Source: Pyrinomonadaceae bacterium
GTDB taxonomy: Bacteria; Acidobacteriota; Blastocatellia; Pyrinomonadales; Pyrinomonadaceae
NCBI GenBank assembly: GCA_046313635.1
Contig: JBKBYA010000001.1
Location: 96,001 to 160,000 of the forward strand
Reading direction: 5' to 3'
DNA length: 64,000 nt
The translations under genes were made by a program, and so were the position numbers. The notes beneath the pieces were generated by a model. That model was not told where the DNA came from. It was given only the letters and a program-made list of their open reading frames with translations, and ran no database searches. This document shows, one piece after another, positions 29,082 to 38,916 of this stretch (its first letter is position 1; every line of letters starts with the position of its first letter).

Positions 29082-30047
29082 CTACTGCTGTTTGGCCAGC
29101 GCGCCGTTAAGAACGGCGGCCATTCGATAACCGGCCAGAGCGAGCCGCTCCTCGGCGGTTTGGAAAGCGCGCTTTGTGTATGCACGCGACGGCATCTCGC
29201 CGCGCCGCAGGTCGGCGGTAAAGACGTCCTTGATAGCGCGGTCGAGCGATTCTTTTTGCCAGGCTTGAAAATCGCCGGCCTTGAGCGTCGCTTGAAATCT
29301 CGCCGGCGGGTATCGCTTCATGATCTGACGCGCGATCGGGTCGACGTAATCGGCATCGGCCGCATCGTTCTTACGCGGCGAATAGCGGACGACGATCGAG
29401 TCCCAAAACCAGTGAAGATTTTCCTGTTTGTCACGCGGAGTGCCCTTCGGCGTGAGCAGAAAGAGATTACCGCCCTGGTCGCCCTTCGGCTCGAGATCGG
29501 TCACGCGGGCCGACGCGTGCAGCGGCTGGTGAATGTCGCCGATCAGGTGCTCGAGCCAGGCGATCGCGATCGCCTTTTGCGCGTCAGGGACGTTTGCCGC
29601 CGCGAGCTGCTTGGCAAAGTCCTGCATCTTTTCGACGGCGAGCCCGCCCTCGTCCGGCGCGGGAAGGAACTCGATCTTGCCGTCCGCTCCGACGCGCCAG
29701 AACGTGTCGGAATAATGCCAGTTCGAATGGTGATACTTCTTATATCGATTGGCGAACTTCCGATCTCGAACGATATCGGCCCACGTCGAGGCGAGCATAA
29801 AAAACTCGCGTCTGACGGCCTCGTCCGAACGCCCGCCCTGCGGAACGTAAAAGGTCGAGAGCTGAGCGTCCTCGGGAGACTCGAGCAAGATCTTGATCAC
29901 TCGCTCGCGAACATCCGGCGTCATCTGCTGCCACGCGATGTAGGCGGTGATCTTATGGCCGACGTCGTTCCATGCGAGGGCCGGCGTCGAGAGGGCCGCG
30001 GTGATAGCCGCGAGGAGCAAAAATACGCGTATTGTTTGGGCGTTCAT
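29082..30047 (-). CDS. S1/P1 nuclease, secreted
   Basis: Signal peptide then WNDVGH, WAD, WHY, HLIGDIHQPLH, DQGGN, NLHWFWD. Confidence 0.93.
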   Translation of the reverse strand: MNAQTIRVFLLLAAITAALSTPALAWNDVGHKITAYIAWQQMTPDVRERVIKILLESPEDAQLSTFYVPQGGRSDEAVRREFFMLASTWADIVRDRKFANRYKKYHHSNWHYSDTFWRVGADGKIEFLPAPDEGGLAVEKMQDFAKQLAAANVPDAQKAIAIAWLEHLIGDIHQPLHASARVTDLEPKGDQGGNLFLLTPKGTPRDKQENLHWFWDSIVVRYSPRKNDAADADYVDPIARQIMKRYPPARFQATLKAGDFQAWQKESLDRAIKDVFTADLRRGEMPSRAYTKRAFQTAEERLALAGYRMAAVLNGALAKQQ

Positions 30048-30228
30048 ATTCGGCGGTTGTCGATTTGATTTTATCGGATCGGCGAGATTACAGAAAGGTG
30101 TGCCGGCGAAATAAAAATGCGAGCGAACCGCCCGCTCCGACCGCCGCATCAAATGGATGCAAGCTTTCCCTCGCAGCGAAAATCAAGAGATTTGCTGTCG
30201 CATTTTATAGGCAAAATGTGAGGAAGAT

Positions 30229-30486
30229 ATGCAGGACCAAGGGGTTTTGAAACGGAACGTGCTCGGCCCGAACGCTTCGGGAGCGACCGGGCAGCTCGGA
30301 AGGAAGATAGGCATTATCGGCAGGCTCTTCGGCTGCCGCCACCGGCGACTGACACGGCCGTTCTCAAATGACGGGACGACCTACATGGCATGCGTCGACT
30401 GCGGTGCCCGCAGGCAGGTCGATATGGAAAGGTTCCAAAGCTCGGGACCTTTTTATTACCCGCCATCGGTGGCGTTCGACCGATAA
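30229..30486 (+). CDS. Small hypothetical protein with CxH...CxxC
   Basis: GAGGA SD; FGCRHRRLTRPF...TYMACVDCG; followed by terminator hairpin. Confidence 0.7.
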   Translation: MQDQGVLKRNVLGPNASGATGQLGRKIGIIGRLFGCRHRRLTRPFSNDGTTYMACVDCGARRQVDMERFQSSGPFYYPPSVAFDR

Positions 30487-30536
30487 CAGAACGATTCAAT
30501 AACAACCCGTCCTTTTACCTACCAAATTGACCTACC

Positions 30537-30576
30537 GGGTGCGGCTGTAATAACCAGGCCGCACCCTTGTCTCTTT
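30537..30576 (+). terminator. Intrinsic terminator
   Basis: GGGTGCGGC...GCCGCACCC then T-rich tail. Confidence 0.6.
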
Positions 30577-30577
30577 A

Positions 30578-30783
30578 GAGTTCCAGGTTCCAAGTTCCAG
30601 GTTCAAAGTCTAGATTCCAAATTCCAGATTCCAAATTCCAAATTCCAGGTTCCAAGTTCCATGTTCCAGTTTCAGCATTCCTCATCCCGGATGACTGGCC
30701 GCATTACACCTGAACGATAAGGCGTGCCTCGAATCTGGAATTTGGAATCTGGAATTCGGAATCTGGAATTCGGAATCTGGAAT
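30578..30783. repeat. Inverted heptamer-repeat element
   Basis: (ATTCCAG/GTTCCAA)n 30578-30675; (CTGGAAT)n 30730-30783. Confidence 0.9.
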
Positions 30784-32045
30784 TACCGCGTCAAGACGAT
30801 CGCCGAGTTCTTCGAGCCAAAGCCGATGCAGTTGCAGAGCGCGGTCTTTACTTCCGCGGTCCTTGCGGCATTTGGGACGTAGTCGAGATCGCAGTCGGGG
30901 TCGGGTTCGTCGAGATTGATCGTCGGCGGAACTATCGACCTGTTGAGTGCGAGCAGAGCGGCGGCGATGCCTGCGGCTCCGGTCGCGCCTTGCGGGTGGC
31001 CGATCTGCGATTTTGTCGCGGACATCGGAATCTTGTACGCGTGATCGCCGAATGCGAGCTTGACGGCCTGCGTCTCGATCCGGTCGTTGAGCTGTGTCGA
31101 AGTGCCGTGAAGATTAACGTAATCGATCTCGTCGGGACCCACACCTGCGTCGTCCATCGCGAGGCGCATCGCGCGGGCGGGCTCGACGCCGTTCTCCTCT
31201 AGACGCACGCGATGATACGCGTCGCATGTCGAGCCGTAGCCGGCGATCTCGGCGTAGATATGCGCCCCGCGATCGCGCGCCGCGTCGAGCGACTCCAAAA
31301 CGTAGATCCACGACCCTTCGCCGATCACCATTCCCGAACGGTCGCGCGAGAATGGCCGCGACGCTCGCAGCGGCTCGTCGTTCCAGCGCGTCGTGCAGAC
31401 GGTCATCACTTCAAAGCCTTTTAAAATGCCGGGCGAGATCGGCGAATCGACACCGCCCGCGAGCATCACGTCCTGCCGCCCGAGAGCGATGTGCTCGGCG
31501 GCGTAAAAGATCGCGTCCGTCGACGACGTGCAGCCGGTCGAGACGACATGCGACAGACCGTGGACCGCGAACGCCATCGACAGCTCGCTCGACAATCCGC
31601 CGTGCGTCGATGCCGGTATCGTGTAGATGCTGCCCTTGCCGGCATTGCCCGAGAACCATAGGCCGAACATTCGCTCGGTAAACGAAAGTCCGCCGCCGCC
31701 GGTCCCGAGCACGACGCCGAATCGACGCCGCTCGTCGAGCGAGAGCCTCTCGACCTCGATGCCGGAATCCGCCATCGCCTCGCGCGCCGCGGCGAGCGCG
31801 AGCGGAACGGTCCGCGCGACGTGCTGTCTGTCTTTTGGATTGAGCTCGGCCTGCCAATCGAATTCGGGGATCTCGGCGGCGATCTTGATGGACGAGTCCG
31901 AGACGTCAAAGCTCTCGATGCGCCTCACGCCGCTCGTGCCGGCGGCGAGTCCCGACCAGAAGGCCTCGCGTCCGATGCCGATCGGCGTGACGCAGCCAAA
32001 GCCTGTGATCGCGACACGGCGTGGACGCAGAAAGGAGCGGAACAT
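30783..32045 (-). CDS. Beta-ketoacyl-ACP synthase (FabF/KS-alpha-like)
   Basis: VSTGCTSS, HGTST, KSQIGH (Cys-His-His triad). Confidence 0.9.
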   Translation of the reverse strand: MFRSFLRPRRVAITGFGCVTPIGIGREAFWSGLAAGTSGVRRIESFDVSDSSIKIAAEIPEFDWQAELNPKDRQHVARTVPLALAAAREAMADSGIEVERLSLDERRRFGVVLGTGGGGLSFTERMFGLWFSGNAGKGSIYTIPASTHGGLSSELSMAFAVHGLSHVVSTGCTSSTDAIFYAAEHIALGRQDVMLAGGVDSPISPGILKGFEVMTVCTTRWNDEPLRASRPFSRDRSGMVIGEGSWIYVLESLDAARDRGAHIYAEIAGYGSTCDAYHRVRLEENGVEPARAMRLAMDDAGVGPDEIDYVNLHGTSTQLNDRIETQAVKLAFGDHAYKIPMSATKSQIGHPQGATGAAGIAAALLALNRSIVPPTINLDEPDPDCDLDYVPNAARTAEVKTALCNCIGFGSKNSAIVLTR

Positions 32046-32099
32046 AAAAGGTGTTTCGAGGATAGCACGGCCGGCAGGCGCGGTTCACCAAGCTCGCGT

Positions 32100-32609
32100 T
32101 CACGGCTGCTCGTCGGCCGTACGCTTGTAGCCGCGCTTCACGGTCACGAGATATTCGCCTGAGTTGTCCGAGTGGTCGGCGTCGTTGATCGCGAGGTAGA
32201 GCGTCTGCTTTTGCGCGACTTGAGCGCTGCGGCCGATGCGGAAGGGCTTGCCGTTCTCGCCGATCCGGCCGATCAGCGTGCCGTACGGCAGCGAAGGTAT
32301 CTGCACACGCTCGTCGCCGGGCCGCTGCTTGTCGTCGGGCTCCGTGCGGAGGCCGCCGCCGAGATCGACCGTGCCCTTAGCGCTGATGATCAGCGGGCCG
32401 GGGCCGACCGCCGTCCAGCCAGGATCTGCCGCGGGTATCGGAATAGCGATCTGCTCGCCGTCGATGAGCGATGCCGCCGGCAGAGGAGTGCGTTCAGGGG
32501 CAGCGGCGGTTTCGTCTGCGACGGGAGTATTGACCATCCAAACCCGCAGCAAGAACAGCGCTGCGGCGACGAAGATCAGACCGTAGACAAAGATATTTCT
32601 TTGGGACAT
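32100..32609 (-). CDS. Membrane-anchored protein with PA-IL lectin-like domain
   Basis: N-terminal TM; LIGRIG...FRIG, LYLAIND....DNSG. Confidence 0.65.
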   Translation of the reverse strand: MSQRNIFVYGLIFVAAALFLLRVWMVNTPVADETAAAPERTPLPAASLIDGEQIAIPIPAADPGWTAVGPGPLIISAKGTVDLGGGLRTEPDDKQRPGDERVQIPSLPYGTLIGRIGENGKPFRIGRSAQVAQKQTLYLAINDADHSDNSGEYLVTVKRGYKRTADEQP

Positions 32610-32876
32610 ATCGATTGGTCGGCAGGGCTCGAGACCTCTGTATTCTAACCGACTTTTCATTCTGCCCGGCGCTGGACGATCGAGGGCGGTGTCCTAACAC
32701 TGTCCAAGCGTTGTCACCTAAGCGACCCGCGATCGGGGAGCACCGGATCGCCATCCCCCGGCCGGCTGACACACGTTTGACGGCGGGCTCGGTCGGCGGG
32801 CGTATCGATGCGCGCAAAGACTCGAGCGGCGTCCGCCCCGTAACGCCGCCATCGATGACCGACAGTATACGTTTCT

Positions 32877-32893
32877 TGGGAATGGCTCTTGCT
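32877..32893 (+). promoter_or_regulatory. Possible sigma54 promoter
   Basis: GG-AATGGCTCTT-GC (GG-N10-GC with TTGC) upstream of the 32974 gene. Confidence 0.35.
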
Positions 32894-32973
32894 ATAACTC
32901 AAACGTGAAACGGAGCGTATATCGAATCGATACACATCCAAACCTTTCGTTATCGAATTAGGGAGGCAAACAA

Positions 32974-33126
32974 ATGCTTTGGACGATTATAATCTTGTTG
33001 TTGGTTCTTTGGGCCTTGGGCTTCGGATTTGCCGGCCAGGCGGTGGGCAGCCTTGTGCATCTCTTGCTGGTCGTAGCACTGGTGCTCTTTGTCGTTCAGC
33101 TGCTGACCGGACGCCGGGCAGTATAA
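32974..33126 (+). CDS. Small membrane protein, lmo0937/DUF5670-like (50 aa, not in ORF track)
   Basis: GGGAGG SD; MLWTIIILLLVLWALGFGFAGQAVGSLVHLLLVVALVLFVVQLLTGRRAV. Confidence 0.88.
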   Translation: MLWTIIILLLVLWALGFGFAGQAVGSLVHLLLVVALVLFVVQLLTGRRAV

Positions 33127-33443
33127 CGAACAGAATTGACAATTCGGGATCGCCGGCCGCCATCCGATAGTTCGATCGGATAGGTTGGCCGGCTGTCATT
33201 TTGGACAACATTCGCCACGTTTTTTGCCGCAGCAAGAAACGTCGCGACACGCCGACGAGCTGCTTCACATGCGTGGATCGGCAGCCGCCGCATTTCTCCC
33301 ACAACTTTTTGATCGGATCTCTCGCGGCGTAAATTCATACGTCCGCCCTCACCTGAAAGTATGACGACCGACTCATCTTGGCTGGTGATTCGTTATGAGC
33401 TTGATTCAGATAAACTTTCTGCTTTGGAGGAAAGCGTAAATCA

Positions 33444-34052
33444 ATGCCAGTTAAAGTAGCGATCATTTATTACAGTCAAAGCGGTACGACACACCAACTC
33501 GCAAAGGCCGTCGAAGAAGGGGCCCGCGAGGGCGGTGCGGAGACGAGACTAGTGAAGGTAAAAGAGACCGTCCCAAGCGAGGTGTGGGAAAAGATCCCGC
33601 ATTGGAAAGAGCACATCGAGGCGACCGCGAACGTGCCCGAGGCGAGCAACGACGACCTCGAATGGGCCGACGCGGTGATATTCGGAACTCCGACGCGCTA
33701 CGGCCTGCCGGCCGCGCAGCTCAAGAATTTTATGGATCAGACGGGTTCGCTCTGGGCCCGAGGCGCGCTCGTCAACAAGATCGGATCGTCATTTACATCC
33801 ACGGCCACGGCCCACGGCGGCCAAGAGTCGACCATCCTGGCGATCAACAATGTCTTTTATCACTACGGAATGATCATCGTGTCGCCCGGGTATGTCGAGG
33901 CCTCGCAATTCGAGAGCGGCAATCCGTACGGCGCCTCCTTCACCTCGAATAACGGCCAGCTTGATCCCGATCAGGTCGCTCTCACCGCCGCACGGCTGCA
34001 GGGCCGCCGCGTAGCTTCGATAACGGCGAAGCTGAAGGGTTCACAGGACTGA
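33444..34052 (+). CDS. wrbA: NAD(P)H:quinone oxidoreductase WrbA
   Basis: YYSQSGTT, FGTPTRYG, TAHGGQEST, GNPYG. Confidence 0.92.
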   Translation: MPVKVAIIYYSQSGTTHQLAKAVEEGAREGGAETRLVKVKETVPSEVWEKIPHWKEHIEATANVPEASNDDLEWADAVIFGTPTRYGLPAAQLKNFMDQTGSLWARGALVNKIGSSFTSTATAHGGQESTILAINNVFYHYGMIIVSPGYVEASQFESGNPYGASFTSNNGQLDPDQVALTAARLQGRRVASITAKLKGSQD

Positions 34053-34076
34053 GGCCGTCCGTATCAACGCAGCACC

Positions 34077-34110
34077 GAGACCGGCTCACTGAGAGAGCCG
34101 GTCTTTTTTT
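34077..34110 (+). terminator. Intrinsic terminator
   Basis: AGACCGGCTC...GAGCCGGTCT plus T tract. Confidence 0.8.
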
Positions 34111-34391
34111 GCCGCACGCGGGCGGGCGTGGGATCGGCGTCCTTATGCTCGGCGTGATAGCTGCACCGCTGTTTTGTCGCGTTATATTCGGAGAACACGA
34201 TACTCGGGTCCGATCTCTTCAGCCTGCGTTTGGAAATGTGGCCGCATCGTTAGGAGGATCAGCGGACCGCGACCGCGGGTCATATTTTTCTTACCACCCT
34301 TCGCGTCAAACGCCGCTCGGCGGAGACGCCTTTCGGCCGGTCAGCGTACAGCCGGCCTTTTTTTGCGCCGCGACAATCTGCCGGCGGCCTG

Positions 34392-34646
34392 TTAATGATC
34401 CGATACTGCCCCGTGACCGCCGAATTGGGCGGGCGACGGCCGGCATGCGGCCATCAGTATCCGTGACTGGTAACGGTGACTCTCGGCGTCCGACTCGAGG
34501 CGCGACGCCTGCTCGAGCAGCTCGATCGCCTCGCGATCGCGGCCGCATTCGAGGGCATTAGCACGAAGCTCCCGCATTCCTGCAAGCAAACGCTCCGATT
34601 CCTTGATATGCCAGGCCGACTCGGCGCGGAGCTCGTCGTTGGACAT
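34392..34646 (-). CDS. Possible small helical hypothetical protein (84 aa)
   Basis: GAGAG upstream; MSNDELRAESAWHIKESERLL... Confidence 0.45.
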   Translation of the reverse strand: MSNDELRAESAWHIKESERLLAGMRELRANALECGRDREAIELLEQASRLESDAESHRYQSRILMAACRPSPAQFGGHGAVSDH

Positions 34647-34840
34647 GTCTCTCAAAAGCTTTTGAGTGGGACGACCGATCACTACCGCCAAGTATATCGT
34701 CGAGCCAAAAAAGTGAATGTACTGGCGTGTACCAAACGTCCGGCCCGACGAGAAACGCTCCTCTCGATCTCGACTCCCGCACGTGCGGTGACGCACAGCC
34801 GCATGCACCTCGTCGAGGGGCAAGCGCGAGATCGCGCGGT

Positions 34841-35233
34841 CTACTCTGAAAGGGCCCGCAGTACCATCCGTTCGATCGTATCCCGGACGGCGGCAAACTC
34901 ACCGGCCGCCATGTCCTTAGGGTCCGGGATCTGCCAATCCTCGCGCCGGCGGGCTCGTATCATAGGGCATTCGTCGCCGCAGCCCATCGTCGCGACAAAG
35001 TCCCATTCGATGCCGTCAGGAAGGTCGTCGAGGGATTTCGAATGATGGGTCGTGAGGTCATAGCCGATCTCGCGCATCGACTCGATGGCCTTCGGGTTGA
35101 CGGCCCCCGACGGACGTGAGCCGGCACTGTAGGCCTCGACGTCGCGGCCGCCGTGGATGCGCGCAAAGGCCTCGGCCATCTGGCTGCGGCAGGAATTTTC
35201 GACGCAGACAAAGAGGTATCGTTTCATATTCAT
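34841..35233 (-). CDS. arsC: Arsenate reductase (LMW-PTP / thioredoxin type)
   Basis: CVENSCRSQMAE, MGCGDECP, W.IPDP. Confidence 0.92.
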   Translation of the reverse strand: MNMKRYLFVCVENSCRSQMAEAFARIHGGRDVEAYSAGSRPSGAVNPKAIESMREIGYDLTTHHSKSLDDLPDGIEWDFVATMGCGDECPMIRARRREDWQIPDPKDMAAGEFAAVRDTIERMVLRALSE

Positions 35234-36289
35234 TCACACCGGGAATGCCCGCTTGAACCGCAGAGCGACCCGCACGAGCAGTATCAGTACCGGCACTTCG
35301 ATGAGCGGGCCGATCACCGCGGCGAACGCCTGCCCGGAATTGATGCCAAACACCGCGATCGCCACCGCGATGCCTAGTTCGAAATTGTTTCCCGCTGCGG
35401 TAAAAGCGAGCGACGTGCTCCGCGCGTAGTCCGCCCCGGCCTTCTTTGCCAGAAAGAACGCGCTGAAGAACATCACGACAAAATACAGCACCAGCGGCAC
35501 CGCGATACGCACGACGTCGAAAGGGATCGCAACGATCAGCTCGCCCTTGTAGCTGAACATCACGACGATCGTAAACAGCAGCGCGACGAGCGTGATCGGC
35601 GAGATCGCCGGCACGAATTTGAGGTTGTACCAATCGCGGCCCTTCGCCCTAACGAGCACGAGCCGCGTGAGCATTCCCGCGAAAAAAGGTATGCCGAGAT
35701 AGACAAAGACGCTCTCTGCGATCTGCCCGATGCTCACGTCGACCGCCGCCCCGGCGAGTCCGAAAAGCGGCGGCAGCACCGTTATGAAGACGTAGGCGTA
35801 AACGCTGTAAAAGAGCACCTGAAAGATGCTGTTAAAGGCCACGAGCGCCGCCGCATACTCGTTGTCTCCCTTCGCGAGATCGTTCCAGACGATCACCATC
35901 GCGATGCACCGCGCGATGCCGATCATGATCAGGCCGATCATGTATTCGGGCTTGTCGGGCAGCAGCAGAGCGGCGAGGACAAACATCAGCAGCGGCCCGA
36001 CTATCCAGTTCTGCACGAGCGAGAGCGCGAGTACCCGTACGTTGCGAAAGATCGTCGGCAGCTCCTCGTACTTAACCTTGGCGAGCGGCGGGTACATCAT
36101 CAGGATCAGCCCGACCGCGATCGGGACGTTGGTCGTGCCGACATCGAATCGGCCGATCAGTGAGGCGGTCTGGGGCACGAAGTACCCGAGACCGACACCG
36201 ATCGCCATCGCGGCAAAGATCCATACCGTCAGATATCGGTCGAGAAACGAGAGTCGCCGGCGCGTGCCGTTATTCGTATCGTTTGCCAT
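35234..36289 (-). CDS. acr3: Arsenite efflux transporter Acr3
   Basis: [45 protein letters not shown]. Confidence 0.96.
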   Translation of the reverse strand: MANDTNNGTRRRLSFLDRYLTVWIFAAMAIGVGLGYFVPQTASLIGRFDVGTTNVPIAVGLILMMYPPLAKVKYEELPTIFRNVRVLALSLVQNWIVGPLLMFVLAALLLPDKPEYMIGLIMIGIARCIAMVIVWNDLAKGDNEYAAALVAFNSIFQVLFYSVYAYVFITVLPPLFGLAGAAVDVSIGQIAESVFVYLGIPFFAGMLTRLVLVRAKGRDWYNLKFVPAISPITLVALLFTIVVMFSYKGELIVAIPFDVVRIAVPLVLYFVVMFFSAFFLAKKAGADYARSTSLAFTAAGNNFELGIAVAIAVFGINSGQAFAAVIGPLIEVPVLILLVRVALRFKRAFPV

Positions 36290-36366
36290 CTCGGTCAATT
36301 TATGTCAGGCGGCCGCCGACAACAAGCCGGTCGCCAGCGGCCGCAAAGGTGTCGTCCTCGAGGCCG

Positions 36367-36948
36367 TCATCGTCCGGGCGAGCAGCAGGCCAGCCGTTCG
36401 CATCCGAGCGACGAGCATCGGAAAGACGCCGCCTTCGGAAGCATCAGAACGAGGTGGAGCAGGCCCACGAGACCGCTCCCGAGCATCACCTTTATCGCTA
36501 TCGTCTCCGCCATCCATCCGTAGCTGCCCAACACCAATGGCGACGAGACGCTCCATGCCGACGCGGGTTTCGATGCGAACATGAACGCGAACGAGGCGAC
36601 CTTCAGCACGGTGAGCACCACGTGCAGTGCATACTCCTGCGTCGAGAGGCCGCCGAGCGACGCGCGGCTGTCGTTCTCGCTTGCGACGTCGAGGAGTTCG
36701 ACGGCAAGAGCGGCCGCGACAAAGAAAACCGCCGCCCACAGCGCGATGCCGCCGAGGTCGCGGTAATAAAGCAGGAGAGCTACCGGCACCATCAGAAATG
36801 CAAACGCCATATGGAGCTTGTGCTCGTAGCGTGACTCAGGCCGCGTATGCAGCCTGTACTTCCAAATATGGAAGTAAAAAAGATCGACCGCGCCGAGCAG
36901 CATAAACAGATCGAGAAAGACAAAGCCTGCGATAACGATGTGGTCCAT
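36367..36948 (-). CDS. Uncharacterised multi-TM protein with Cys-rich tail in the ars operon
   Basis: GGAGGG SD; D..YFH.W.YRLH...EH.LH, E..LH; tail RCSSLGCERLACCSPGR. Confidence 0.75.
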   Translation of the reverse strand: MDHIVIAGFVFLDLFMLLGAVDLFYFHIWKYRLHTRPESRYEHKLHMAFAFLMVPVALLLYYRDLGGIALWAAVFFVAAALAVELLDVASENDSRASLGGLSTQEYALHVVLTVLKVASFAFMFASKPASAWSVSSPLVLGSYGWMAETIAIKVMLGSGLVGLLHLVLMLPKAASFRCSSLGCERLACCSPGR

Positions 36949-36976
36949 TTCAAAATTCCCTCCGGCCTTTACGCGT

Positions 36977-36998
36977 CAATTACGGCTAAACATAATCA
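36977..36998. promoter_or_regulatory. Putative internal ArsR operator
   Basis: CAATTACG-N6-CATAATCA matches the two palindromes in the arsM/arsR intergenic region. Confidence 0.55.
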
Positions 36999-37190
36999 TC
37001 GGCCCACGGCCTTGCAGCACACCATCTCGGCCCCGGGACAGCACGCCGTGCCCGTAACGAAACGTCCGCCGTCGAAACGGATCACAAACTCGGCCCACTC
37101 GCCGTCCATCAGGTCGTCATGGCCGACCGGCTTGCAGCAGCACCTCGGATCGCGTGATCGGAAAGTTATTTTGCATCGTGTCTTGTCCAT
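36996..37190 (-). CDS. Small Cys-rich protein (64 aa, 8 Cys)
   Basis: AAAGGAG SD; CCC, CC, CC motifs; co-oriented within the ars operon. Confidence 0.7.
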   Translation of the reverse strand: MDKTRCKITFRSRDPRCCCKPVGHDDLMDGEWAEFVIRFDGGRFVTGTACCPGAEMVCCKAVGR

Positions 37191-37233
37191 AACCTTTGCT
37201 CCTTTGAACGCGGCCCGAAGGCCGCGACCTTGT

Positions 37234-38178
37234 CTAGACTCGTGCCTCCTTTACCGCAAAGACCTTTACGCTCGCGGCGTAATCGTTTATGTCGTACCGG
37301 CGAAGCAGGTCCGCGAGGTCGGCGGCCGCTTCCTCGTTTTGCTGCACACCCGTATCGGGGCCGCAGCAGGTCGACGCCGGCGCCGGCGTGCAGCAGCTTG
37401 CTTCGGAGGCCTTTACCGCGACCGTGCCGCCCGCCGCCTGGGCCATCACCGGCGTGCAGCAACCCGACTGATTCTTGACCTGGGAATATGCGTTCAGGTC
37501 CGAACGGCTGTCTACGATCTCGACACCCGAAAAACCAGCTTCAATCAGGCCGCGTCGGTAATCGTCGATCGAGATCGCGCCCGCGATGCAGCCGACATAC
37601 GCCATTATGTTGTCGCCGAGCTCGGGCGGGAGCGGCTGTTTGAGAGCGATGTCGCTGACGGCCAGCCGGCCGCCCGGCTTCAGCACACGCGCGATCTCTC
37701 GAAACACCGCCTGCTTGTCCTCTGCGAGATTGATCACGCAATTGCTGATCACGCAGTCGACCGAATCGTCGGGAAGCGGGAGCTTGTCGATCGTCGCGAG
37801 GCGAAATTCGACGTTGGGATAGCCCTTCCCGTCGTTTGCCTTTGCGGCGTTGCGGCGAGCCAGGTCTATCATCTCCGGCGTCATATCGATACCGATCGCC
37901 TTACCCTCCGGGCCGACCTTTTGGGCCGCCAAAAAAACGTCGAGGCCGCCGCCCGAGCCGAGGTCGACGACGACTTCGCCTTTCTTCAAATGGGCCGTCG
38001 CCGTCGGGTTGCCGCACGAGAGCCCCATATTGGCCTCGGCTGGTATCGATAAAAGCTCTTCAGGCGTGTACCCGAAAGCCTCCGCCACGGCGCGCACGCC
38101 CCTGTGCTCGTTCGAGAGGTTGCTGACCGCGACCGATCCGTACTTTGACCGCACCGCATCTTCTATATTCTTCGTCAT
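37234..38178 (-). CDS. arsM: Arsenite S-adenosylmethionine methyltransferase
   Basis: [30 protein letters not shown]; three CC pairs near C-terminus. Confidence 0.93.
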   Translation of the reverse strand: MTKNIEDAVRSKYGSVAVSNLSNEHRGVRAVAEAFGYTPEELLSIPAEANMGLSCGNPTATAHLKKGEVVVDLGSGGGLDVFLAAQKVGPEGKAIGIDMTPEMIDLARRNAAKANDGKGYPNVEFRLATIDKLPLPDDSVDCVISNCVINLAEDKQAVFREIARVLKPGGRLAVSDIALKQPLPPELGDNIMAYVGCIAGAISIDDYRRGLIEAGFSGVEIVDSRSDLNAYSQVKNQSGCCTPVMAQAAGGTVAVKASEASCCTPAPASTCCGPDTGVQQNEEAAADLADLLRRYDINDYAASVKVFAVKEARV

Positions 38179-38202
38179 GATTCCTGTCACCTCGCTATGA
38201 TC

Positions 38203-38272
38203 TACAATTACGTCTATGCGTAATTGTATTTCGACGATACGACCGATCGACATTTATGTCAAGCCATAATTG
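38203..38272. promoter_or_regulatory. Two putative ArsR operators in the divergent promoter
   Basis: TACAATTACG-N6-CGTAATTGTA (perfect, 38203-38228) and CATTTATG-N6-CATAATTG (38251-38272). Confidence 0.7.
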
Positions 38273-38292
38273 TTATGTGGTAGAATTTTTTT

Positions 38293-38712
38293 ATGGCTGG
38301 AAAGAGGGCTTTTGATCTCGAGTTGTTCTTTGCGGCGCTGGCCGACCGCACGCGCCTGCGCCTTTTGAATCTGCTCAAGGACGGCGAGGTGTGCGTATGT
38401 TTTTTTGCCGATGCGATCGGCACCAATAACCCAAAAATCTCGCGGCACCTCGCCTATCTCAAGCGCGCCGGTCTCGTCTCGGCCCGCCGCGACGGCAAAT
38501 GGGTGCACTACAGCCTCGTCCGCCCTGCCAACCAACACGCCGCCGCAGCGCTCGACGCGGCGCTCGCGATCGTCGCGGACGACAAGGAGATGCTGAAAGA
38601 CAAGAAGAACCTGGAAAATGCCTGCTGCGCGCCCAATGCTCCCGTGCAGCTCAGGCGCACGCCGGTCAAACAAGGGCGGGCGAAAACGAGCGACGCCGGT
38701 CGGCCCCGCTAA
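38293..38712 (+). CDS. arsR: ArsR/SmtB transcriptional repressor
   Basis: ALADRTRLRLL, EVCVC, ISRHLAYLK, RDGKWVHY; C-terminal CC. Confidence 0.92.
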   Translation: MAGKRAFDLELFFAALADRTRLRLLNLLKDGEVCVCFFADAIGTNNPKISRHLAYLKRAGLVSARRDGKWVHYSLVRPANQHAAAALDAALAIVADDKEMLKDKKNLENACCAPNAPVQLRRTPVKQGRAKTSDAGRPR

Positions 38713-38916
38713 AAAAGTTAGAAGTAATAGGTCGTACCAAACGTCTCGGTCGGAGCAGCTATCCACTACCAATTACCCACTGGAGCATTCAGTTGATAGT
38801 TGATGGTGGGTAATGGACAGTCATCGGTAGACCACGCGAACTGTCCAAAATAAAAAGAGACCGCTTATTCAAGCAGTCTCTATTTAGTGTTGGCGTACGT
38901 TAGCAGAGAGATCGAT

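Noticed and set aside
34841..38178. Selenocysteine in ArsM or ArsC
   Set aside because: Both have ordinary Cys motifs and no in-frame TGA
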